Shown here piece by piece: positions 37,960 through 49,866 of a DNA stretch of 64,000 nucleotides. Position 1 is the first letter of the stretch. The number at the start of each line of letters is the position of its first letter. A program made the position numbers and the translations under genes. Location of the stretch: contig CAUYUJ010000121.1 in assembly GCA_963575745.1 (NCBI GenBank), positions 1-64,000 on the forward strand. The letters are read 5' to 3'. The DNA comes from Prorocentrum cordatum. Lineage: Eukaryota. The notes under the pieces were generated by a model. That model did not search any database. It worked only from the letters and a program-made list of their open reading frames with translations, and was not told the origin of the DNA.

Positions 37960-38700
37960 CTTCCCTGCCCCGCGCCCTCGGAGCCAGCAAGACCAAGGGC
38001 ATCGACGACATCGGCCCCATAGAGATCCAGGGGCTGCCCACCGATGGGCAGGCAGGGCGTGATCAACCCCTCCTCAACGAGTTCTGGGATGCGGCCACAC
38101 GTGGGTCGTCGGCCCTACCAGCCTCGCTCCCCCGCGCCACCCTTGACGAGACCGCCGCGGAGCTCGGCGTCGTCACGGCAATCGCGCTGCTCGACCTGGC
38201 GAAGTTCTTCGACAGCATCGGCATCCCGAGGCTGGTCCAGCACGCGCTGGCACAGGGCTCCCCACCCATCGTGCTCTGCTCGGAGCCAGAGGCTGTCGAA
38301 GGAGAGGCTGTTGAAGGAAGGCAGTGGCCCAGAGGGTTGAAGGAGAGGCTGTTGAAGGAGATGCTGTTGAAGGAAGGCTGTTGAAGGAGGGTTCCTGGCC
38401 ATGAGGCTGTTGAAGGAGAGGCAGTGGGTCGGCGCGGAGGTCCAGCCGATTCGATGCATCACGGCGGGCCCCCCACCATGCAGCGCGGCTCGCCTGCAGA
38501 GGATGCAGGAGGGCTGCCAAGAGGGCCCGCGCCATCAAGCGTCTCAGGAAGATGGCGAGGCTCAAGGCGGTCACCAAGGGCCTCTGGACGACTGGAGCGA
38601 GCGCCGAGGGCATCTACGGCCACCAGGTGCACGGCCTGCCGCACTACGAGATCCCCAGGCTGAGGCAGGCATCCCGTGCGGCCGTGGGCCGAGGCCCAGG
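37960..38700 (+). pseudogene. LINE reverse transcriptase remnant with internal deletions
   Basis: KTKGIDDIG (domain 0), LLDLAKFFDSI (domain 3), thumb-like GIYGHQVHG. Domains 1-2 and the QG/YxDD core are absent; a 15-bp tandem repeat sits at 38289-38428. Confidence 0.8.
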
Positions 38701-39229
38701 CAAGTGCCGCACCAGCACCCTCGCCATGGTCTACGGCAGGGCGGACCCAGCCAAGAGTGTGCCGCGCGAGCAGCTGGCGGCTTGGCTGGACCTCCGGCTT
38801 GGCCACCCTCAGCTCCGCGCCAGGACCGCCAAGGCTTGGCAGCTCGCAGCCAAGAGGCCCCGCGCTGCTGGAGAGCGCCGCTGGAGACGTGTGCGAGGCC
38901 CTGTCTCAGCCACGATCGCGACGCTCATCGATGCTGGCTGCGCGGCCGCCGGCCACGATTTCTGGGCCTCCGAGGAGGACGTCGGCTGGCGCTTCCCCAA
39001 GCACGCCCAGGACGGCTTCGTGGAGGCGGCGGCGGACTACGTCGAGCTGCTGGACGAGCACGAGCGCTCCATCGACAAGAAGCTCTGGAGGCAGGCTTCC
39101 CTGCACCAGGGCTCGACGGGCATTGCGTGTGGCGCCGACACACTCATGGTGAATCGTGAGCTGCAGCAGCTCCAGCGGCGCGGCGACGACGACCTCTGGA
39201 CCCTCACTGTGGCGGTCGTCTTGGGCGGC

Positions 39230-40545
39230 CAGTGGATTCGCAAGCGCCGAGCGCAGGCGGGCTATGAGGACCCCGCGCAGCGCCCGCGCTGTGGCCAGGA
39301 GCCCGAAACACGCTTCCACAGAGTGCGGACCTCTCCCTGCAACGCTGGCCATGCCGAATTTGAAAAAAAGTCCGCCCACCTCCTCCCTCGAGCGGTCGCT
39401 GGCCACGTGGCGTGGCCCTCGTACTGGCTGCGAGGCCTCCCGAGTGTCGAGGACACGATCCCCTCCTTCGACCTCGGCCTCTCTGCCCACCGCTCCGAAT
39501 TCGGTGATGTCCCCGAGCCCCAAAGGCCCCGACGGGTTCCTCACGCTGTTTGGGGATGGCTCGGGGGGTCAATCTTCGTCGGGCCCGCGTCGCAGGAGAG
39601 TTGGCTCGGAGTGTGCGCCTTCGAAGCCATTCCAGCAGATGGATCGGCTCGTGTTGCGGGCACCGTATGCAATCTCGGAAGCACCCAACAAACGGTCCCC
39701 AGGGCCGAGCTCATGGTGTTCATACAGGCTTTCGAATTCTCGCAGGGCCCGCCCCGTTATGTCACTGACCACACCTTCCGCTCGCGCACGGCTGGAATAG
39801 AGGTCGGCACCTGGCTACGCCGTTCAGTTGCAGTTGTGCGAACGCCGATCTCTGGTTCAGGATAGCAGTAGCCACCAGAGCTCGTGGGCCCCACCCTGCC
39901 ATTCTAGCATGGACCCCCCCCCCACCGAGAGGCCGAGGACATCCGCGCGCCCCAGGACCTTTGGTGGGCCGTGGGCAATGGGTGTGCTGACGAGCTTGCG
40001 CCCAGAGGAGCGCCCACAGGCTGGTCTGAATTCGTCCAGAGGGTCCCTGCCACAGACGCAGCGGACACGGAGACCTTTTTGATCCGGAAGCGTGCGGGGA
40101 GGGCTCTGGCGGAGCCCCTTCGGGCGGACCCGTGGACCGAAACCCGCCCCTCGGCCCCCCGCCACGTTCCGATCCCGAAGGTCGAGCAAGCCAAGAGAGC
40201 ATCCCAGCACGAATGGCGCAGGCTAAGCACAACGTTCTACTGCAGAAAATGAACGGTGTTCGTGAACCGTTCCATTGTTGTAGATGTGCCCCCCACGGAG
40301 TGTGCCCATGTTGCCCCTCACCCAGGAATCGCGCCCTTGGACGGAAGGCGGGTGCTGGGAGGCCAGGTTTTGAACGAGTCCCATGCCCTTCAGTGCTGGG
40401 GTGAATCCAATATCGTTGTTTGCAGTAGGTGCGGGATGTCAGCGACCACCGATCCCAGGCACCTCTGCAAGCCTTGCGTAGCTCCAACCCCCAGGGGGAA
40501 GCAGAATATGGCGTGGATTGCTCGGGGCCTCCACCCATGTGCCCG
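39230..40545 (+). pseudogene. LINE ORF2 C-terminus: Zn finger, RNase H, second Zn finger (frameshifted)
   Basis: PRCGQEPETRFHR (zf-RVT-like). LFGDGSGG, QTVPRAEL, YVTDH, GNGCADELA (RNase H D-E-D-D). SHALQCW...CSRCG...LCKPC. Confidence 0.85.
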
Positions 40546-40629
40546 CCCGAGGTTGCTACAGAAGCCAATCTCGAGGATCTGCGCCAGTGATGTTCGTTGT
40601 CTGCGGTTTTGCGCGGCTCCCGACTCCTG

Positions 40630-40795
40630 CGACGGCGAGGCTTTGGGACACGCTTGCTTCGCGACGGCGAGGCTGGAGGACACCCTTGCTTCACGACGGC
40701 GAGGCTTTCGGACGCCATTGCTTCGCGACGGCGAGGCCTCGGGACATCCTTGTCTCACGGCGGCAAGGCTTCGGGACACCCTTGCTTCACGACGC
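40630..40795 (+). repeat. About 5 tandem copies of a 32-bp unit near the LINE 3' end
   Basis: CGACGGCGAGGCTTTGGGACACGCTTGCTTCG-like unit, head to tail, no spacers. Confidence 0.85.
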
Positions 40796-41190
40796 ACAGT
40801 CTCGACGTTCGTTGTCACATGCTATATAGTCCTATATCCCTCCTCCTCCTCCTCCTCCTTCTCGTCCTCTCGCTGCTGCTCCTCCTCCTCCTCCTCCTCC
40901 TCCTCCTCCTCCTCCTCCTGCTCTTGTTCCTGCTCCTCCTTCTCCTCCTCCTCCTCCTCCTCCTCCTCCTCCTCCTCCTCCTCCTCCTCGTCCTCCTGCT
41001 CCTGCTCATGCTCTCCTGCTCCTGCTCCTGCTCCTGCTCCTCCTCCTCCTCCTCCTCCTCGACCTCCTCCCCGTCCTCCTCGACGTCCTCAGCCTCCCCC
41101 TCCTCCTCCTCCCCCTCCTCCTCCTCCTCCTCCTCCTCCTCCTCCTCCTCCTCCTCCTACTCCTCTTCTTTCTCCTCCTCCTCCTCCTCC

Positions 41191-41266
41191 TCATCATCAT
41201 CATCATCATCATCAGCAGCAGCATCATCATCACCATCACATCACCATCACCATCCATCACCATGAC

Positions 41267-41316
<50 letters not shown>

Positions 41317-41356
41317 CCATCACCATCATCACCATCACCATCACCATCACCATCAC

Positions 41357-41452
<96 letters not shown>
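41191..41452. repeat. (CAT)n/(CAC) microsatellite; similar tract at 63292-63607
   Basis: Directly visible. Confidence 0.95.
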
Positions 41453-41454
<2 letters not shown>

Positions 41455-41624
41455 CTCCTCCTCTCGCTCCTCCTCCTCCTCCTCCTCCTCTTCCTCCTTC
41501 TCTCGTCGTTGTCGTCGAGATCTCGTCGCCGTCGCGCTTGTTCTCGGAGGCGCGAGGGGCGGTGCGCACGAAGGTCTGGGGGGGGGAGGGGGGACAGATG
41601 CTCCAAAAAGAAAATCCAGAGATC

Positions 41625-41830
41625 CGACGCGCAAACAAAAACTGGGGCGGCGGGATTCGGGCCGCTTTCGGCCTCGGGGAGGCCCTCGCCGGGCCTCGGG
41701 AGCGGCAAAAAACGACTCAGGACGAAAAGCCGGTCCTGGGGAAGTGGTCTGGACCTCCAGGACCCACGCGTCGAGAAAAATGGAGCAGCCAGATGTCTGG
41801 GACCCTCGGCCGAGGCGCTGGGCAAGAAGC
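41625..41830. repeat. Interspersed repeat family N; copies 61590-61760 and inverted about 61050-61215
   Basis: Shared GGCCCTCGCCGGGC...GGCAAAAAACGACTCAGGACGAAAA...GACCTCCAGG...GGAGCAGCC.GATGTCTGGGA. Confidence 0.7.
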
Positions 41831-42940
41831 CTCAGCGTCCTCGTCCTCGTCCTCCTCATGCTGCCTCTGCCCTCGCCTGCTTGCCCAACAGCACCGCCTG
41901 AGCCGAGAATGGAGAGCGCTGCCTCAGACGCAGAACTCTGCAATCGACGTCGTGTTTGTTCGGCCCAGTAGAGGTCCAGCCCGTGCTTGGGATTCGGTTG
42001 GATGAGAAGGATGCCATGATCTGAGACTGTTCTTAGGGTGGAGGGCTCAGGGTGAAATCCATACAGGCTTTTGCACCTCGAGCACAAATCCATTTTGTGA
42101 TGCACCTTTTGCAAATCTAAGCCTCCCAAATCCATCGAAACGGCATTTCAGATGTCACCCGTTGCCCTCCACCCGAAGAAAATGCTCGGATGATGATGGG
42201 GGCAGATCAGGGGTCACGCGGTACATCTACAGGGGGGGGCAGGTCGAGCCAACCCCTGCCGAGCCGCATCATTTTCGCTGCGGTGGATGCTTGGCCATTG
42301 CTTTGCAAGCGTGCAGCTTCGGATTATCTGCATAGTAGTCTGGAAGTTCGTGTGTTGGCGCTCCGGGTTTGGAGTCTCCCCCGCAAAGGTAAGAAGCGAT
42401 ACTCTGATCCAAACTGGGCTGGCGAACTACCCACAATCCATGTCACCGCAGATAAGCAGGCTCGGGCTAACCGGTGACAGCAACGTCGCTCCCCTTCGCA
42501 CTTGGACATATTCTGTCCTGACTTTTACGATCATGCAGTCCTCCTTCGCCGTCCCATTCTCCCTCGTCTCCTCCTGCCCCGCGTCATCCCCCTCACCCTC
42601 GTTCTCGGCGCGCACGCTCACACACCGCCCAATGCCGCGAGCACGGCCGGCACTCCCAGGGAAGAGCCTCGTGCGAGCACTGCAGGATCGAATGCGCGAT
42701 GCTGATATGGGGCATCACACGTTTGTGCTATATGCCTGTTGGTTGTCGTCAAAAACCCTGTGATGCTTGTCCAAAGAAGCGTGTGCTCATTGGTTGGTTG
42801 TCATTAAAACGTGAGATGTTCCATATGGCATCGCACGCTTGCCTCTGTAGGGTCCTAGCGGATTCACGTGTGAGGTTTGGCGCCGATTTCGGCGGCACGC
42901 CTGGGTGCCCGGGTGCTCAGGTGCCCGGGTGCCTGGGCCG

Positions 42941-43150
42941 ATAGCCTTATAGCCTTATAGCCCTATAGCCCTATAGACCTATAGCCCTATAGCCCTATAG
43001 ACCTATAGCCCTATAGCCCTATATCACTATAGCCCTATAGCCCTGTAGCCCTATGGCCTTATAGCCTTATAGCCTTATAGCCTCATGGCCTGATGGCCCT
43101 ATCGCCCCATAGCCCCAGACCCTTATAGCCCTATACCCCTTGTAGCCCTC
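42941..43150. repeat. 8-bp tandem repeat (CCCTATAG)n
   Basis: Directly visible, degenerating towards the 3' end. Confidence 0.9.
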
Positions 43151-43599
43151 AAAAGACCATGATTGGGGCTTTTTCCCGGTATCATAAACTTTCGGCGCTC
43201 CGAGCGGATTTCTTGGATCTGCGCTGGAACCCCGCGCCAGGGGCGGTGCTGGAGGCGCCACCAAGTGGGCCCCAGCGCAGATCCAAGAAGTCCGCGCGGA
43301 GCGCCAACAGTTTATGTTTATGGCGTCTTCGCCTCCTCGAATGTAAGCATCATGCGCTCGTCTTATGGTAAGTGCAGGGCCTAGATGATGGTCCTGTTTT
43401 CCACCACCACCACCACCACCACCACCACCACCACCATAAGTTGGAGGGTGGAAGGAAGTGGAGGATGAGGAGGACGAAGAAGAAGAGGAGGAGGAGGAGG
43501 AGGAGGAGGAGGACCCCCTCCCCCTCCAACTTATGGTGGTGGTGGTGGCGGGGAGCTGGCCCATCACTACAGACGGAATGGTCCGCGGCAAACGGAGGC

Positions 43600-43707
43600 C
43601 ACTGGCCAGCGGCCAGGTGCAGTCCGCGGTGCGCATTGCTCCGAGCCCTCGCGAGGCAAGGGCCTCGGGGCCTGCCGGGCCTGGCCCTGCGCCGCAGTCG
43701 CAGGCCC
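43600..43707 (-). CDS. Exon 7: (G)ACDCGAGPGPAGPEALASRGLGAMRTADCTWPLAS(V)
   Basis: Acceptor cccctgccag|GG matches phase 1, donor AGTG|GC, 108 nt, phase 1-1. Confidence 0.65.
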
Positions 43708-44630
43708 CTGGCAGGGGGGACGCCATCGTTGCCCCACGCGGTCGAGGAGGGAGGGGCGAGGAGGAGGATCGAGGAGGAGGGTCGAGGAGGATCGAGGAGG
43801 GTCGAGGAGGAGGGTCGAGGAGGAGGAGGAGGAGGAGGAGGAGGAGGAGGAGGAGGAAGAGGAGGAGGAGCCGCGGAGAAGGAGCCGAGGAGGTGGAGCC
43901 GAGGAGAAGGAGCCGAGGAGGAGGAGGAGCCGAGGAGGAGGAGCCGAAGAGGAGGGCCGAGGAGGGGGGTCGGTCTCGCTTCGCAGGCCTCCCCGGCCGC
44001 AAAACGCGAGCCCGAGAAAGAGAAGAGGCGGGCGGCGGAGCCCTCTGGTGCCCTGGGGCCCCGCTCGAGGGCCCCACCGATGCTCCAAGAGCTCCCCCAG
44101 TCGGCGGCACGCGATGGCGACCCCCTCCTCCTCCTCCTCCTCCTCCTCCTCCTCCTCTTCCTCCTCATCCTCCTCCTCCTCCTCCTCCGACTTTGGTGCG
44201 CGGCGCTGATTGGGCAGGGACCGGCCGTCCCCGCATTCCTGTAGGCCTACCACGGCACGTTCGTCGAACCCGAAGGAAGTTCGAAGAACAACAACAGTGT
44301 TCTTGGATCATAAGCCCTTCCCTGGGTTTCTTAATAAGCGTGGGGGGGTACCCCCCGACGGGGGTCAACCTCGCCTCGTCGTCGCGCCGCGACGATTGTC
44401 GGAGCGCCTTCGGCGCGCGCTGGCTGCCCGCGACGGGGGTCGATGTGGGGCTGTCGGCGGGGGTGACGCCCCCCCGACGCTGATTAAGAAACCCGGAATA
44501 TGTGTTAAACCAAGACAATATCAGCCAGAAATGATCTGAGAGCATGCCATGCAGACCACAACATGCTCTTAGAACATTGTTTGGTGGGCCTAGAGGCGAG
44601 CCAGGACGCTTCACCACTGCTTGAGCTGGG

Positions 44631-44808
44631 GTACAGCCAACCCGTATAATGAGGATGCGCGGCAAGGATGTAAGGGCCTTGGAGGGCCATAGTAACGTTT
44701 CCGAGCGAGGCTGGTCAGCGAAAGCTACAAAAAGGATGGGCCTGATGGACAAGGATGCAAGGGTAGCCTTGGAAAGTCGGTCATCTTTACTATGCGGGTT
44801 GACTGTAC
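44631..44808. mobile_element. TIR element, family L; other copies 13035-13190, about 46931-47108, 52913-53088
   Basis: GTACAGCCAACCCGTATAATGAGGATG...CATCTTTACTATGCGGGTTGACTGTAC; internal AAGGATGCAAGGG occurs twice. Confidence 0.75.
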
Positions 44809-44973
44809 CCCGGGGGGGGGGGGGGGCGGCGGCGGCAAATCCAAGCGCGCAAGGTAGTCCTGGGAGGTCGGCCTGCGGGACCGGCACTGCAGGGCCACTC
44901 CTGCGCGCAGCCGGTCCATGCCTGCAGCCCCTGCCTCGCGGCGCGGCCGCGGTGGCCCCGGCGGGGGCTGCGC

Positions 44974-45031
44974 CTGTGAACATCTCGTAGAGCAGGAAGA
45001 TCGGCAGCGAGACCGCCGCGAGCCCGCCAGC
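44974..45031 (-). CDS. Exon 6: AGGLAAVSLPIFLLYEMFT(G)
   Basis: Acceptor ctcacccag|G, donor ACAG|GC, 58 nt, phase 0-1. Confidence 0.8.
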
Positions 45032-45949
45032 CTGGGTGAGCACACGCGACGGCGCTGACACGAGAACAGTGGCGGCGAGGACGGCGACCACGATGGCGGA
45101 TACGACGATGGCGCTGGCTGTGACGAAGGGTGCCACGATGAGTCGCCTGTTCCCCCCCTCTATTCGGGAGGTGCCATGGGCCACGCAGCTGCCGCGTCAA
45201 GCGAAGAGCGTCAGCGCAGGGACGCAGAAGGGTGCACGGAGCAGGCGAAGGGCAACGACGAGGCGCGCTGGGCACGCGGAAGATAACACAACCTCCGCAC
45301 TGTGTCTTTGGAGCCGCAGCCTCAGTGCAGCCGGCGTGCTGCAGGTCGCGCGCGAGCACGTTTGAGGACATCAGGCGCGACACTTTGAGTAGTGTGCTCT
45401 GCCGTTGTGCTTCCAATCCGGCCAGAAGATCGATACCTGGTTTGCAGCCGGGCCCGCACGGAAACTGTCACGAGGCTTTCCTAGGCGGATGCCCCGTGCA
45501 GCTGTCCAACACTTGTCTCGAGGTTGACCCGGGGAGGAACGGATAGCGATGTAGTGATGTGTACAAAGGTATACACATATGATATATATATATATATATA
45601 CGTATATATATATATATATATATATGGTTGCGCAGGGTAGACAAGCCCCAAGAGCAAGAACAACTCGCCCCCCCTTGCTCCCCCTGCTCCTCCTCCTCCT
45701 CCACCTGCTCCTCCTCTTCCTCCTCCTCCTCCTCCTCCTCCTCCTCCTCCTCCTCCTCCTCCTCCTCCTCCTCTTCGCACTCCTCCTCTTCGCCCTCCTC
45801 CTCCTCCTCCACCTCCTTCCACCCTGCAATTTATGGTGTTGGTGGTAGTGGAAAACAGGCCGATCATAAGATAGCACCCCTCTGGCCAGGGGTGCCGCCA
45901 GCTTTCCGCTTCGTTTGGGAGCCGCACGGGGCCCGCTGGGCCTCAAGGA

Positions 45950-46100
45950 GAAGGCATTCTCAGAAGGCTCGAAGTCCCCCGGCCCTCTGAGAAGTTGTTA
46001 AAAAACCTTCCCCGAAGACGCAGAACACTTCGCAGAAGACGCGAGGGCTTCTCAGAAGCCCGCCGCCTTCTGAGAAGGCCTTCTCCTTCTCACTTCCCCC
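45950..46100. repeat. Interspersed repeat family H; copies about 12945-13010, 14005-14400, 32065-32220, 50320-50430, 58975-59140, 59775-59945
   Basis: Recurrent CTTCTGAGAAG palindromic motifs and AGAAGGCCTTCTCC. Confidence 0.7.
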
Positions 46101-47270
46101 CTCTCTCGCCGCCGCGTGGGGGCCTCCTTGGACACCCTGGGGGCACCTTGGACCAGGGGCACGTCCAGCAACACCCGATCCAGCCCGAGCTCCCGAGGCG
46201 GATCCGGCCGCGGCGGCAAGGTCACCCAGCTGTTCTCGCTCGGCTCGGGAGCCCCATGGGGCCCTCTGGGCCTCGTGATGGGGCGCTCTGGAGGCTGTGG
46301 GGGCCTCCTCGGACATCCTGGGGGCACCCTGGGCCGGAGGCGCGTCCAGCAACACCCGATACGGCCCGAGCTCCCGAAGCGGATCCGGCCGCGGCAGCGC
46401 GCCTTCCGGAGGACCAAGAGAAGAATACGACAAGCGTTAGGTCGGGCATGTCCTCCTACAGGCGGAATCTGGACGACTAACAAAACATGCTCTAAGATAG
46501 TCACAAATAGTCGGAACATCGTCCCAATACTATTGTTTGATTATTTTGACTACTTCTCCTGTAGAGGGACGTGCCCGACTTAAAAAACAAGCGCCGGGGA
46601 GGGCCGCCGCGGCCTGGACTGGCCCCCCACATTCGATCTTCCTATATTGCCGAGAGTTTCTGCGTACAGCCGGCCCGTATCATAAGCATGTGCGATGGGG
46701 ATGCGGAAGGCAGGCCTCGCGGCGCGGCCAGAAGCACGTGCTCTCGACGCAGGAAAGCCCCGCAATGTACCTCCTCCTCCTCCTCCTCCTCCTCCTCCTC
46801 CTCCTCCTCCTCCTCCTCCTCCCTCCCCCTTTGCTCTTGGCGCTTCTGGCTGCGAGCGTCTGAATGGAGTGGGTCTGAGCCTGCGGCGACAGCGGTGTGT
46901 GTGTCGGCTCCCCCGTGGAGTGCCCACATGCTACAGTCGGCCTTTGTCGTAAGCATGCGCGATAACGATGCAATGGCCTTGGACGCCTATGTCGAAGCTT
47001 TTCGAGCGCGGCGCGGCGAACGAAAGCGGTCAAGGATGGGCCGACGAGGCAAGGATGCAAGGGTCACCTCGAGGCGGTTGCCCATCCCTGCTATGCGGGC
47101 TGACTGCACAGCCGGAAGTATGATCGAAAACAAAATCAATCAAGAGCCCAGCTTCCGGTACACCGGCCGGGCTCCCCGGGCTCCCGTGACTTGCTACCGA
47201 AGCAGACGTTCCCGACCGCACCCATCAGCGTCCCCCGCTCCCATGCTTTTCCAGCGGCCCCGAGACGGGC

Positions 47271-47357
47271 CTTGGGGAGCAGCTGGTCCATGTAGGCGAG
47301 GGCGCTCACCCCGTCGAGGGCGGCGCTCTCGCCCTCGGGGCGGTTGTAGACCATGCC
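47271..47357 (-). CDS. Exon 5: GMVYNRPEGESAALDGVSALAYMDQLLPK
   Basis: Acceptor ccgcccag|G, donor AAG|GC, 87 nt, phase 0-0. Confidence 0.85.
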
Positions 47358-48570
47358 CTGGGCGGAGTCAGCGTGCGAGAGCGCCCGCTGCCTCGTCCGT
47401 CTCATGCTGCTGCTGCTGATGTTCCTCGCCCGTCCACTCCTCGTCGTCGGCCTGCTTCTTTTCATCTTCTATCCTATCATCTCTTCTTCTTCTCCCCTCC
47501 CCATCCCTGCTTCGCCTCCTGTTCATCCGCCTGCGCCTCCTCTTCTGCACCCTGCCCCGCTCGCGTTCGTCTCCTGCTCCTGCTCCTCTTCCTTATCCTC
47601 ATCCTTATCATCCTCCTCTGTCTCCCACTCTGTCTCCTCCTCCTCCTCCTTGCCCTCCCCCTCCCCACTTCTCTCTTTTCATCGTGCTTGTCCCCACCCC
47701 CTCCTTCTCCTTCCTTCACACCTCACTTTTCCTGCCCCCCCTCGGTAACAAAAAAAGGCTGTGACGCCAGACGGCAGGCCGCGCCGGCTCGGGGGGGCGG
47801 ATGGGACCAGCACAGCTGGCCAGATGCAGCCATAGCACGCGCGCTGGAGGCAGCGGAGATGAGGATGACGGGGAGGGAGGGAGATCAACGGAAGAAAGGC
47901 AAAGAAAAACGAGGGGAGAAAGGAAGGGAGGAACGAAGGGAAAGCAAGGAAGGAAGGACAACCGAGCGAGCTGAAGGGAAAAGAGAGAAAACGGAGGGAG
48001 GAAAAGGACAGCAGAACAGCAGAACCTGAGCAGCGACAGGACGACGAAGAACAGCAGGACTGAGCAAGCCGGACCCTGCGGAGCTCCGCGCGGACCTCCT
48101 GGACCCGCACTGGGCCCCCACGGCGGCGCCCCCGGCGCTGGCCCATTGGGCGCTCCCTGCTCCCGCGAGCCAGGAAGCGGGGCCCGGCGCCGAGCCGGGA
48201 GATCAGCGCGCGGCACCGCAAGCTTATTGAAGACACAAATCAACACACACAAATAAGAAGATTCTCCACATCTTCCCATCTTTTCTCGGTTTTCTGTCTT
48301 CCCCCCACTTCCCATAGTTTCCCATATTTTCCTGGGGATCGACGATGAGTTGTGTCTGTGTGTTTTTTTCCCTCCTGACTTATGTCTATCTCCCGTTTCT
48401 CCTCCTTCAAATGTCTTGGGGGACGAGGGGGAGAACGAGAAGGACGGAGAGGAAATGGGGTGGAGAAGGACAGAGAGGAGGAGCAGAGCAGGGCCGAGGG
48501 GGGAGGGGCGGTGACAAAGGGATAACACTGACATGCAAGATGATGGATGGATCAGACGAGGAGGAGGAAG

Positions 48571-49500
48571 ACCAGTGTAAACCCAAGAGTCATCAACGAT
48601 GTTGGAGTAAACCCTCCCTCCCCCAAGGTCCCTCTCCACAGGCCTCTACAACGGTTCATGTCCATTGAGTGAACTGCCTCGTGGGAAGACAACCGTTTGA
48701 AGACCCTGAAGCATGCCAAAGTTATATTCTCGGGATTCCAACGCCACGGATCAACCTGACTGTTGCTTTTTGACGATCCTGAATCGTCGCAAACATTACT
48801 CTGCATCCGCATAATCCTGAATCCGTCCAACACACAATTTTTGGTACGTTGATGATGGGAACCCGTGAAACTCTTGCAAATATCTAAGACGAATGCGTGC
48901 CGCGCTAAGGCGAGAGCCACATGTTGAAAAGAAACCGCGCTCAATCCGTGAAACTCTTGCGAATCTTAAAACGAATGCGCGCCGCGCTAAGGCGAGAGCC
49001 ACATGTTGAAAAGAAACCGCGCTCAATCCGTGAAACTCTTGCGAATCTTAAAACGAGTGTGCGCCGCGCTGAAGCAAGAACCACATTTTGAAACCACCCG
49101 CCCTCAATCCGTGAAGCTCTTGCAAAGTTCCAAAAAGAAGATGCGTCACGCTAAAGCGAGCATTACATTTCGAAAACGACCCGCCCGCAATCAACGAAAC
49201 TCGTCTCGTTTCTCAATGCAAATGTGCGCCGCGCTATGCCATAGGTCTCCAAAATGTGGCTCTCGCCATAGCGGCTATGGCGAGAGCCACATTTTGGAGA
49301 CCACCCGCCCTCAATCCGTGAAGCCTCTTGCAAATTTTCAGGACGAAAGTGCGCCGCGCTGAGGCGAGATCTTGAAAAACACCCGCCCTCAATATGTGAA
49401 GCTCTTGCCATTTTGAAGCTTCAGAATCAGAGATGGTGAGGAAGTCTCATGCGAAACGCTCGGCCCGCCCTAAACAACTGGCCGCGGGGTGCGACGGGGA
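48571..49500 (-). mobile_element. Longer interspersed repeat, family F, with an internal 82-bp tandem array; inverted copy at 8722-9398
   Basis: 8722-9398 is the reverse complement of this region with fewer tandem units (GCGCCGCGCTAAGGCGAGAGCCACAT...CAATCCGTGAAACTCTTGC). Both copies end ...TTTACACTGGT followed by a CCT-rich tract. Confidence 0.8.
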
Positions 49501-49866
49501 AAAACTATGTATACGAAAAATAAGTCAGATGAAGAAAACCAAGAGTAATCGAAAATCATGAAGAAGAATAGTAATATTAATAATAATAATAATAAGAATA
49601 ATAATAATAACAAAAATAAGAATAATAAGAAGAAGAAGAAGAAAAATAAGAAGAAAAATAAGAATAAAAGAAAAAGGGAGGAGGGGTAAAGCACAGCGGG
49701 CAACGGAGAAGAGCTCCGGAGCAGCAGCAGACCTCCCCGGAGCCGCTGGAGATGACGAGACGCGTGACGTGCGTGCTAGCTGCCCCACCTCTGGCGCCCC
49801 CCCCCCGAGGGCCCAGAATCCCATGCTGGGGCGCGACCGCCGAGCTCCTCCCTCACGGGTGCGGAG

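Larger units (their letters stand above)
35116..40837 (+). mobile_element. Decayed, 5'-complete non-LTR retrotransposon (LINE; APE-RT-RNase H type), antisense within the 13.3-kb intron
   Basis: SL at 5' end, ORF1, broken ORF2 with APE/RT/Zn-finger/RNase H motifs, 3' tandem repeats. Both flanks read CCTCCTC(A/C)TCCTCCTTC (candidate TSD). Confidence 0.9.

Noticed and set aside
40630..40795. CRISPR-like array (32-bp units); also the 82-bp array at 48860-49410
   Set aside because: Head-to-tail units with no unique spacers, no cas genes, eukaryotic context.
42941..43150. Interstitial telomere
   Set aside because: The unit is CCCTATAG, not the CCCTAAA/TTTAGGG known from dinoflagellates.
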